DNA of 57,998 nucleotides, counting the filler, from Bipalium vagum (taxonomy: Eukaryota), in assembly GCA_037834085.1 (NCBI GenBank). It is 2 parts of 2 records of this genome, joined end to end, with 100 filler letters (N's around TTAATTAATTAA, not from the genome) between each part and the next. Parts side by side here need not be neighbours in the genome. Positions count along the whole stretch, not along the records: positions 1 to 29,994 come from JBBMKC010009646.1; 1 more part is not named here. The stretch is one strand, 5' to 3'. Shown here piece after piece: positions 1-12,600 of the stretch. The notes beneath the pieces were generated by a model. That model saw only the letters and a program-made list of their open reading frames with translations. It was not told the origin of the DNA and made no database searches. Each line of letters starts with the position of its first letter. The stretch's first letter is position 1. The position numbers and the translations under genes were made by a program.

Positions 1-71
<71 letters not shown>
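1..71. repeat. (ATT)n microsatellite
   Basis: Pure trinucleotide run at the window start. Confidence 0.97.
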
Positions 72-73
<2 letters not shown>

Positions 74-428
74 ATATGTATTGTGCTACTTTAGTTTAAA
101 TACCAATTATGAAAAAGCTGGATTTTCAACTGTTTTTCTTTTTTACTAATAGAAAAAGGGAGCAATGCTAGATGATGGAGGAATTATTTCCACAATAATC
201 AAGAGTTCTGTAAGGGAAATTTGAATCAGGCGATCACAATCTAACAAACACAATCGGTGGGGCAACGGAGGAAGCACTTAATTGATAATTAACTTTTGTT
301 TTAAGCAATCAAAATTATAGAGGAGCTAAATAAAGTATTTTTATTTAACACTTTTGTTGGGGATTAAATTAGCTCGAGAGAAATGATGAAAAACAAAATT
401 CAGCTAATGTTTCACAGATAATACTAAC

Positions 429-619
429 GAGAAGTCTCAATGGAGAATGAAGAATCTGGCTTGGTTTCAACAACACTATCATCAAGGAGATTGCGAATTC
501 TTGCCATTTTTATTGCTTTGGATTCATTTTCACTTTTTGTTAAAAGTGTCGGACTCTCGGAATTTGGAACGAAGACTACTTCTCTTTCGTTTTCTGAAAT
601 TCTGCGATAAGTTCCCTGC
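429..619 (-). CDS. RALGPS: RALGPS exon, linker with RNLLDDSVVE
   Basis: taacag acceptor after a 77-nt intron; 191 nt open; gttagt donor (read-through gives TAG at 424-426). Confidence 0.8.
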
Positions 620-3600
620 CTGTTAAAACAATCAATGCAAACGTAAATAGTTCAGAATTTGATCAAAATGTAATAAATATAAAAAAAATCATTTACTCAA
701 TTGGTTCTAAGCTGTGGCATTTTCTGTGACTGTGAAATTGATTGTTGATTTTGAAAGTACAGGGAAGATTAGGAGAATCAGCTTCTGGACTAGAATTATC
801 AAGAGCTTTGGACAAATTGAATAACGTGTCTATGATGTAGTTCTGAAATTCTTCCATGTATTCCATTGAATGAAGATAATCTTGGATTCCACGGTTTTCT
901 TTGAAATCTTCCGAAATAAAATTCAAGTAATAATTACGAAAATATAAAATACAAAAAATAAGCAACAAAATAGCGTGAGAATATTCAATGAATGTGGACA
1001 TGTAAAAGAACTGAAGATTAATAAGATTGTAATGGAAGTACTTAATCTTCCAGGTCTTACGTTTTAATAAGAGATGCGAAGTGACTTTCCGAACAACCAA
1101 ATATATTTAGCATCAAAAGCGACACATTTCCTCAAATTTTTTTCAAATCTTGGATTTCTTTCTATGTTGACTCTTGGGTATTAAGTGTGAGGGAAATATG
1201 GACTTAAAAAAAAACGTATAAGAGCAATGTTACAGAAATAATCTACCCCTTAACTAAATCGATAATGTTAAGGTAAGGGTATTGAATAATAAGCTGACAG
1301 ACAACCCCATCAATTAATAATAAACATTAGTAACAACTTTTGGTGGAAATCTGCATCGTTGTGAGTAAAATAAATGATAATATGATCACTGGAATTAGAA
1401 GAAACCTGTTGAATACAAAGGTTGAGCCAACTTCAAACACATTTTTCAGAGTCTTAAATAATTTTTTAAAATTTTTTATTTTATATCTTATATTAAAAGT
1501 GACCAATCAAGTCTAGTCAAAAAACATTTATTTCCATGATCCAGGCCAGTAGGGATTAAAATATTTATTATATAATTATATTAATAATATAAATATAAAT
1601 AATATAAATATAAATAATATAAATATTAATACAATAATATCACTGTGTATATTTTTGACAAAATGAAATACATTAATTAAAAATTAATATTTTTCAACAG
1701 AACAACCATTAGCACTAAGATAATGTTGATAGAAGGAAGTCATAGGTTTTTTGTATACATTTGTAGAGATACTTTAGCTGCATCTTCTTCGATTGTATCT
1801 GTCAGATTTATTAGCTTCTTTGGTTCTCTTGTATAAACTTTTCTCTTTAAATATCCAAAAAGAAAGAAATCCATTGAAGAAAGATCCAGTGATCTCGCAC
1901 TCCAATGGAATGTTCTTACTCTCCCAATCCATCTTCAGTGAAATGTACAGTTCAAAAAATTTCTAACTTCAAGGGAGTAATGAGCAAAAGCTCCACCCGG
2001 TTGAGAAATTAATTTTGATATTGTTCTCGGATAAATTATGTACTGTTTTCAAACGGTATCAAATTTCTAAAGCAGTATTTCTTACAGATGTCACAGGATG
2101 ATGGTTCATGAATCTGAGAAATCTTTTCAAGATTTTTGTATCTAACTGTAATTATATTAACGTATTAAAACAATTAAATTATTAAAAATAAATGTTTTAT
2201 GATGTCTTTATAATATCGAAAATAATATAATACTTAAATATAAATAAAATAAAAATATAATATTTAAGGAATAATATAATATAAGGAATTGTGAAATAAT
2301 CGTAACACTTTAAGAACTTTATGTTTACAATTAACATTTGTACTGTTGATCTAAAATCTGTACATTTAATACTTATTATTCCAAGAAAAATATGTCTGTC
2401 TAAAGGAGAATGATTTAATGAAGAACTTTTTAAGTATTACTTCGTCTTTGAATGGTTCAATCTTCAATTGATCTTTCCAGAATTATTTATAGTTCGCATT
2501 GTCAAATGTGTTCAAGATTTATTTGCAATTTTCAACACTATCTTTCACATAAATATATTTATTGCACATATTTATATTTTAAGTAGTACAACTGACGATA
2601 TATGATCGTTTCTACCATTTATTTTTAGTCTTCAGTTATTTATCTCATCTAACCATTTGAGAACCAAGAAGTATCATACTTGGGGTCTTTAAACATCTTT
2701 CACATTATTTTCATATGAAGAAAGAGCTCATAGGATTAGGAAAATGTTCTGAAGAATTTTAATTAAAGGAGTTTTATAATAGACGAAGCACATTCTGTTA
2801 TAAAATTTTGATAAATACCCTTAGAAATCTTAGATAATCAAGCTTTAAATTAAAACTTTCTTTACTAAACAACAAAAAGACAATTTTTGTTAAATTTTAT
2901 CATATACACATTTTCTTTTTTAAAAATTGATTTTTAAATCTTTGGGGTAAATTTTTAATAATATTTAAGCAAGTGTAATATTTAAGATTGTCATTCAATG
3001 GAGACCAGATCTCTAGGAAATGATAAGCCTTCTTTAAAATATATTTAAAAATCTGCAAAAATTCCCAAACTAATAATTAAAACAAATTCAATTATGAGAT
3101 AATTAAATATCAACTAATATTTATAACTTTTAGGTATAAAAAATTTTAGAACCACTTTTTAAACCATACAGTTTATTATTTAAACTTAACAAAAGTGATT
3201 GCTGTTATGGTCTCTGTGTTCCCATAAAACAGTCCACTAATTAAAAAATCAATCTCTATGCCTGGCTTCTAACAAAACTTGTATAACCTAAAACATGTAA
3301 AATTCATAAATGTTAGAGTGACCTTGAAAATTCATAAATGACCTTCGATAGCTAATCAAAATTCAGTTATTTTTTATCTATTTTAATATCATTTGAAAAA
3401 GTAGAACAATCTTAATTTTAAATAATGTAAAAATATCAAAAAATTTTAAAAAATTAAAAATAAAAATTAATAATATTGTACATTTGTTTATATTTACAAA
3501 GTAATAATAATAATATTTCATGTGCACTAAAACCTGTTAAATTGGGAAATTGCTTAAGTTGCTCCTTTTATGTAAAAGCAGACAAAAATTATATATTGAC

Positions 3601-6600
3601 TTTTATTTTCATGAACCCTCTATAATTTTGGCAAAATGTACGGTCCCAATGGTTTCCAACATTGACAGGTTTCACTGTATTTGAAATTTAAGAAATTAAC
3701 GAGAAATAGTTTCAAACTGTTTTACTTTAGAAAATATAAAAAATATAAAAGGAAAAAAAGTTCTACCATATTTAGATGCTTTGAAATACTCAATAGAGCT
3801 GTAAATTTTCTGCATTGAGACTTTCCGTTGTTCTGATTCGAGTCCGTCGATTTTTGGGAAGGCTGCGTCAAGACCAGTTAAATCACTGAGATAGACACCT
3901 AAAATAAAGAACAGGTACCCATAATGAAATCCTTCTAATCATGAAGAATTGACAAATGACAGTTGATAATTAAAAAATCGTTAAAGATTTAATTAAAATA
4001 ACGTTACATAAGAATTCTCTAGATTACCATTTATTATGAATATTAAATAACTGCACAAGGTTTTAGGTACCAGTATAGGAGATCGTAGCAAACAGTGATC
4101 TCTTGTTATTTGGGGTATTCAATACGATTTTCTGGTGCTGGGAATCTTTGATTCTTCAAAATAATAAAGTAAAAAAACACGAAAAAATATTTTTTTGTTT
4201 GAAAGGGAATATTTTAATAAAGTAATCTTTGAGAAATATGAGAGACTGAGATTTTCGATTAATGTCATTCAACAAAGTAATTATCTTTATTTTTAAATAA
4301 TCTTATTTCATTTTATCATTAATATGGGGATTGTATAAGTATATTTAGAAATGTCGTTGTACGTATTACGAGTGATATATCTTGATTCTTGATGTAGATT
4401 TTTACTGTGTACGCACTTAACAAACAATACTTACAACAAAAACGTTCATAACTTTGAGGAAATTGATTTTGAACTGATTATATAGTGATATTTCCCAACA
4501 ACTCGGCCGATTCAGTCGCGTGTTCGCAAAAAATCACTATACCCCACTAGCTAATCTCCGTGCACTTTTGGCATATCCGAGCTATTAATTATTTTCTGAG
4601 GTATTAGGTCTTAATAAATCTCCGGGGTTACAGGTATAATCACTTTTATTATTATTATGAATATTATTATAATTATAAATATTATTTTGTTTTAATCAAT
4701 TCATGTTTATGATCAACACTTAGTATAATAAAACTGTTAAATTGTTCATTAAATTAGGTTGGGGTAAAAAATCCTTCCTCAACAACATAATGATACTTTA
4801 CTAATAACAAATTTCTTTCGGGTCAAGACTGGAATAACAGTATATTGCATTGGGTATTACCTACAATTATTTAATGATTGGAGCCAGTTCAGTATGAAGT
4901 TGGTACATAGATTTTTCATGTTTATAATAAATTATTGTTATGTACATCATATAATACATATATTTTTTACCCGTACGACCAATACTAATTGTTTACATTA
5001 GTTTTCTAAGGTAAGTACATAACAATGTTCATGATCATTCATCAATTTACATTTATCTTTTAATAACCGATTTAACCTTTATACTTGTACCACTGATTAG
5101 GTTAATTGAATTTTATTTTAATAAAATACAGCGGTACCTAGAAGGCGCCTGTTTGAGAAAAAGGTCGTTTTCAAGTTGTTTAAGGTTTCGGTAAAGTCTA
5201 TATTGTTTTTGATCTATGAATCGATAACGAAAATATATAGGATTGTACTACTGACTAGGTTCATGAACCTTCAAAGACAAGTAGTCTTATACCTCTTGAT
5301 TACATAATTATCAGACAAGATTGTTTGGTTCAGAAAGAAGTTCAATATTTGGAACTATATCCTTCATTATTTCAAGTAAAAGAAGAGGAAGATTTTATAT
5401 TTATTGTATGAGTTTTTATAGGTTAGAAATTGATGTTAAATATATTACTAATTACATGGAGATCAAGATAAGATTAATCTACAGGGTTATGCAGAAATAT
5501 ATATTGAAATATATATTGAAATATATATAGAAAATTATTCAAATATATAGAAAAATGAACAGAAATATATAATAGAAATGTACACTAAATAAATTATTGT
5601 CTCGCCAAGGTTTTTCTATAAATCGCCTCATGTGCCGAAAATAATCACTTAAATCTATATCGTTATGCATGAGTACTTGAGTAATCAATCGTCCCGAGCT
5701 ATAATGGTTCTCATAAAGGATGATACAGTATTTGCGAATTCTAGCTGAGGCGAGTATGGTGGCAGAAATATGTAAGCAATACCTTGTTCTGTCAGCAACT
5801 TAATAATATCTTTGCGTTGATGGAACCTGCAATTATCCATCACCAATACATCCCCAGGATTTCGATCGAAATGATTGCACACCTTGTCACTAATAAAGTC
5901 CATTGAAAGATTCGTCTTTGATTTCGAAGCATAAAATGCCTGTAAATTTGATTTAATAAAAAACTGATGACAAAACAATGAAACCTGGCATTTTAATAGC
6001 AACAATGCAGCTGATATTTTTGGCTGACTAAAATGTGATCAAATTTAAATAGAAAAAATCGAATTCTTTTTCTATATATTTCTGAATATTTTTCTATATA
6101 TTTATGAATAAACCTGTAATAAAGGGATTAAAAAAGTTTAATGAATTTATGTGAAGCTTGGGGGTAAAGAAAAAGGCACAGTAGCGAACTTCTTTAGAGA
6201 ATTCTTTTAAGAAATATAATTTTTGAAAATGACTAAGCTATCAGCAAGAAATATTTACATATAGAAATTTTATAATTGTTTTAGAAAAAGTCAGTCTCTT
6301 TGAAAATTTTTTTGTCTTTAAATAAAAGCACCTAAATATAAAAATATTGATATATTGAAAGATGAAGGAAAGATTCATCATCTAATTATTATATTAATTA
6401 TAACATTACCAATCATTACGGTTTATTGTCTTAGGATGTGTAATTCGATAATATTTCAGTTGATAGTAGGATCACTTTGGTTATTAATTCATTCTAAATT
6501 AGGTATAATATTCTTATTATTTACAGTTTATCACAAAAATTTCCAAATTGGCAAATCCACATACATTCATGCTGAAAACATTGAACCAGCTGAGCTATGA

Positions 6601-9600
6601 AATCCTGCCTTATTTAACATATCCAACGGATCTCTTACCTACTGAAAAGCTCTCACCTCAAAAACACCAGGAAAGGTTCTTCACAGAAAAAAATCCTTAG
6701 CAACAGAAATTCTATTATTCCTATTTCGCTATATTCACAATTACCGATTTTTATGCTTTCGTAATAAATAAACTCGGACTATAACAAAAAAATGTAAGCA
6801 GCAATGCGTTCCATTTCAATTAATAAAATTTACTTTTCATGAAAAGATTTATAATTAAAACGAGAATTATAATGGATATATAAAAGAGAAGGCAAAGTAA
6901 TCATCTTCACCACCAATTAACCATTTTATGCTGCTTGTTGGTAAAGGTTTATTTTCTTTTGACAATTATTCAATTTAGAACCACCGAAAAAGTGCATTAA
7001 AAGTTGTAAATTAAAACATTTTCGAAATCATTTCATAAATTGAACCTTGTCACGATGAGCCCAATTTAAAAGACCCGATACTTTAATGGTATAAGCTTTT
7101 GGATCATCTTTTTAAGTTTCCTCCCAAAATAATCATCTGTTTTAATTTTCCCCCAATAAAAAATCATCTATTTTATTTTCCTCTCAATAAAATAAAAAAA
7201 AAATCAAAAATCAAAAAATAACATACAAAAATATTAATTATAATTAAATTACGTTTTCATTGTTTTTTTTTGAATGTTTTGAATGTTCCAACAAATAAGA
7301 CGCTGCCATATATACTTTTCATGGTGAAAACTTTGTTTTTTAAACAATGCCATAGACTTTCAATTCTTTGAATGTTAGCAAAATTTTCCGGATTCACAAA
7401 ATTATATTTATGGTTCACAGTTAAGTGAATAAAATTATTTTAAGATAATTTGGAATAACCTTTCTATTTGTCACTCATAATTATTGATTTATTTTTGACT
7501 ATCGATTGTATGGTCGATATTAAGGTGGACTCGGCTCGATTCTCCACTAATTGCAAATAAATTAATTTTGTTGAAAAATCGATTATCTCAAATAAATAAA
7601 AATCGCATAATAATTAATCATCTACTTTAATTTCACTCCAGGGGAAACTAAAAAAGATGATCAAAACTTTTTTACTTTGTGGGTTCAATAATATCAGAAG
7701 CTAGTGGTCGTTAGCTTAAAGATTACTCCTACAATTTCAAGCAGCCTCCACCGGATTAATGAAGAAGAAAGTGACAGAAAAGTGAGAATTATTCAATGTA
7801 ATGTTGGTTTCCTTGAAATTTTTTTATTAAATTGATTTTAGTAAATTATTGGAAAAATTAAATTTAAAAAATTAGTATTTCCCAATATTTTATTGAAAAT
7901 AAACTTCATACCAGATAAAAATAATTCCTGAAATGAAATGGAACCAAAGTACTTTGTTTATTATTCCATTTCACTGACATTAATTTTTAAATCCTGACAG
8001 AATAATTGATTTTCTTATCTAAATCACTACGAAAACAATTAAATCAATAATTTTTCCTCTATCGTATTCGAATTCATTAAAACAAAGTGTTCGTTTTCTT
8101 TAAATAAAGTTTTATTAAATTTTGTGAAGAATTATTATTAACATACCAAAATTATGAAGAAAACTGAAATGTCATATTTTTAAAGATAAGAAATGTTTAA
8201 CTAATTACAATAAGCAAAAACGAACGTTTTATTTCCAAATCTATATTAAGATATTTACATTTTAGATATATCACCTAATTTCAACAAGTCTTTTTCGACG
8301 TACAGTATCGATCCGTTTGATCAAGCATTTCATAATGATTTTTCTTTATTTCTTTAGACAACATTTGATTTAATTTAAATAACATTATTGATTTGTTACT
8401 TATTGATAATATTAAATTAATCATATTTGAAGTATGAAATCGGTAAATGACAAAAGCCTATTAATCACTACTGTCGAGAGTAAAAATTCTCAACACACAT
8501 GTGTTTATCAATGTGTCCAATATTTGGAGATAAAGTTGTTTCAGAAAGTATGTGAGAATTTTAGCATTGATGATTTCCATGAAGAAATTTTACCCAAGAA
8601 TATAACGAAGTTAATTCTCAGGTAAAATATACTGATGCTAATTTTGATGATAAGTACCAGTATATGGTAAATTTATAATAATATTTGCCAATGGTAAATA
8701 AATTGCAAATACAACCTGTTGAAGTATGGGAAGTGAATAAATACACTTTATTTAATTGTTTACGTACCATAGGGATAATTTGGTAAAGGCAGAGGTTAAT
8801 ACTTGAAAATTTGAATCAGAAAACAAAAGTTGTACTACTCAGGAGATCCTTCATTCTGTTTATTAAAGAATGTTTAAGTCTTGTGGAAAATATTTACTGG
8901 GGAAGAGAAATGGATTTATTGCGAATATTCCAAAGGTAAGAATATATTACGTAGAACTAGCAGAAGCCACACGAGTAGTATAACTGTATATCAGACTCAT
9001 TACAGATAATTACAAATGTACTTCATAATTAAAGTGATATTTTGTGCCAGCAGACAATTAATCTTAAGTTTAATTTTATTTCCACTCATTAGGTATCACC
9101 AACTACCATCATGCTTCACCATCTCCAGATAAGCTAACCATTCATTATAGATCTATATACTTGGTGATATTTACTTGACATATACCGATGCTTTTGTTTG
9201 TATTTGTTGAAGGCTTACACTCAATTCGTCACCATTGTTTGTCTTTATATTTCTATACTTTTTTACTTTGAGCATAAATGGCGAAACATAAATGTATTAT
9301 TGTTTTTTGGTATTCCGCAAGACCTCATTGTTTTGGTTTTTCCAGAAAATTTATAATTACATAATTGTAGTACCCTATAAAATAATATTTCATCTATTAA
9401 AAATCACTTAATAATTAATACTATTTATATTTCTTAAAAAATTTCGGTCAACAACAAAAGAGGGTTAAGAATGGATGAAATCGTTGTGAGTGGAAAGCTG
9501 GGTAAATTAAACAAGCCAAAATTTACAAGATATTTTTAAATGAATTCAGTGAGAAAATTAATTGAACATGAAAATCTGTGATTTTTATATTTTATTATCA

Positions 9601-12600
9601 AAATAAATTTATAAATGAAGATAAAAATAAGTCTAAAGTCCATAAACTTTCGATTTTTAAATACGTATTCAGAAATTAAAACAAATATATCTTAATNNNN
9701 NNNNNNNNNNNNNNNNNNNNNNNNNNNNNNNNNNNNNNNNNNNNNNNNNNNNNNNNNNNNNNNNNNNNNNNNNNNNNNNNNNNNNNNNNNNNNNNNNNNN
9801 NNNNNNNNNNNNNNNNNNNNNNNNNNNNNNNNNNNNGTATTTTCACCACAATTTTTTTCTGAGTCTTTCTTGTAGTTTAAATGTATAATTTTTGAAAGAG
9901 GAAAATAAAAATAAGGACTTCAACATGTCTTATGACATTTCTAATTCAATAGTTTTATATTTAAAACCTTGACAGAAAAGTTTTTTATAGATTTTTAAAA
10001 TTTATTGATAAATAAAATTTAATTTTCAAATAGTCACAGAAACAAAATAGGAAAATATTAAAAACCATAGACAGAGTGGTCGTTAGAAAACCGGGAAATT
10101 TAATACAATTAATTTCATTGTTTGATTAAAATTTCGATTTAATATGTAATCAATTATCATGTTTAAAATCTTATGCATTCTTCAGATCTAATCTCAGTTA
10201 TTTTGAATTATTGATAATTTTATTCCATAAGGAACACAATTATCCGACCTTGAGAGGTAAGTTATAATTCTCTTTAAAAAGGAGAATCATACGTGGGGAT
10301 TATCAAAGTGTTCAAATTAACAATCTTGTTACCTTTTTAAAATAAGATGAATTAACAAAAAAGAACAGGGCCCACTATTTATATTACTAAGCTATAAAAA
10401 AGGATCAAATAAATTTATTTAATATTCTGAAAAATAATATAATAAATAATAATAATAATAATAAATAATGAATAATAAACTTGTGCAAATTTATGCAGCA
10501 TTTCTGAGCAAAAATATATTTTAGAAATAAATATTCACATAAAAATTAATAATTTATTTTTTGTTTTTCTTTAATAATTGTCTCAATATTACTTGACATT
10601 TTGAGACGATTCATTACCGAGAAATGAAATATAAAATAAAAGAATGAAAAATAATATTCACGATTAATTTGGATAAATATTCAGGAGAATAAAAAAAATC
10701 ATAAAGCATTATTTCGTTGGGTTTATCCAAGACGTCACCCAAGTAGGGCTATTGTGGGGGTCGCTAGAAATTTTTATAAGAAAAATCAGAAGAGATCTGA
10801 AATAAAAAAGAAGGTATTTCACAAAAACCCATGACATTATTATTATCATTATTTTATTACCACCGTTATATTCATTATTAGTTATTATTGTTAATGAAAA
10901 TCGTAAAATCCTTGCTGCGTTTTCAATAATTACTAAAGAATGTTATCAAGTTAAAATATCTTAAGAATCATTTTATCTATTTTTAAAGTAAACTAAACGT
11001 ACCACATTATATATTTTAATTTAGAACAAAATGTGAGATGATCTGATTAATAATATCAAATAAAAATGTAATGGTTCATCATAGAAAAGAAATTTCTTTA
11101 GGGAAGTATCTCTCAGGCGACTGACTTTTAAGACTCGATATAAAGAATTACTTATTCCATGCCATAAAATGTGGATTTATAATATAAAAGAAAATCAATA
11201 AAATTTGTATTTTACAACTATACACATGATAAAATGCTAATATTAATCAATGACGAGTAACATCAACACTCTCCCCTTTTGAAGTAATGATCTTAGCCAC
11301 AATTCGTGACTTCATTTCGAAAAGGGAAGCCAGTGCGTCTTCCTTGATAGACCAAAAAATCAGCTAGTAAATTGGTCCACAATTAGTCTAGGTCGTTATA
11401 CGTAGATTTTTGGTATTGCTTATTCAAGGAATTGAAAAATCCAAGGCCATTGGTGTTTAAATGACCTTGATTTTGGGCGGGCTGATTCATAACAGTGATT
11501 GCTGGATTACAGTTGTAATCGAAATCATTTTATTTTTCTACATTGTTTTTACCAACGAGTGGACTGACATTATCCATTTACATGGAAACTGTTTGATACC
11601 AGTAAAAATTGTTGCGGATTACAGGCATGATTTCATCATGTATTAATTCGTATTATTAAATCAGTGAAATTCCAAGGAAAATGAGAAAAATGTGTGTACA
11701 TTATTACAGAACTTTAAAACAAAGAAAAATAGCGTTTGATAAATTAATCTTTTAATAATTTTTATCAAATAACATTTTAAACATCTTTAAATCCAAAAAC
11801 AAGTAAAAAGGATAAATGTCTGCTGTGGTTTTATGTATTTTCTGAAAGTTTATAACCAATTGTCTTATTATTAAAAAAATAATACAGTGAAACCTGTTAA
11901 TTTGGGCACCTGCTTAAGTCGATCCTTTTATTTAAGAACATACAAAAATAATATATAATCCTTATATGTGATTCCTACCTACATTGGAAATCTGTATAAG
12001 TTATGACATGGTCAGGATTATGTTATACTTTTATTTTAAATGGCATTTAAATTAGAAAAAAGTTAAATTTATTGAAGAAATGAGACTAAGATCGGATGAT
12101 GAATCTGTCAAGAAAGCTGATGAAATAATTTCGTACAAGGATTTTTCATTAAAGATTATAAAATTAAAGCAACTTTTGTGAAAAAGAACCATCATTAATC
12201 GATATAATTCAAGCATTGGATAAAATTTTTCAAAATATCCTTTCAAAAAGAAGTTTTTCACTAAAGCAACCATCTTTGATCGATTTTGTTAATAAAAATT
12301 AAATATTGACTTGTTTTCATGAACCCTCTATAATTTTGGCAAAATGTTCGGTCCCAGTGGTGTTCAACATTGACAGGTTTCACTGAATATAGATATTCTT
12401 GCTGATATTATTAAAAAAATTTTGATTGCAATTTAAAGATGTATTTAGATAATATTAGAAAATATTAAAAATAAAAAAAATATATAATTATACAGGCTTA
12501 TTATGTAGGTTCACAAGAAATATGCAGTCTTTGATTGATAGCATTTATTTAAAAATCGGCTTTATGGATTTATTTATATAAATGTAAATTATTTGAAATT

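Noticed and set aside
908-1100. N-terminal half of listed ORF 693-1100 as a membrane-protein gene
   Set aside because: Only 697-907 matches RALGPS; the rest is intron that happens to be open.
10735-10770. GGGGTCGC motif (and GCGACCC at about 26490) as hAT MITE ends
   Set aside because: No paired TIRs or 8-bp duplication identifiable.
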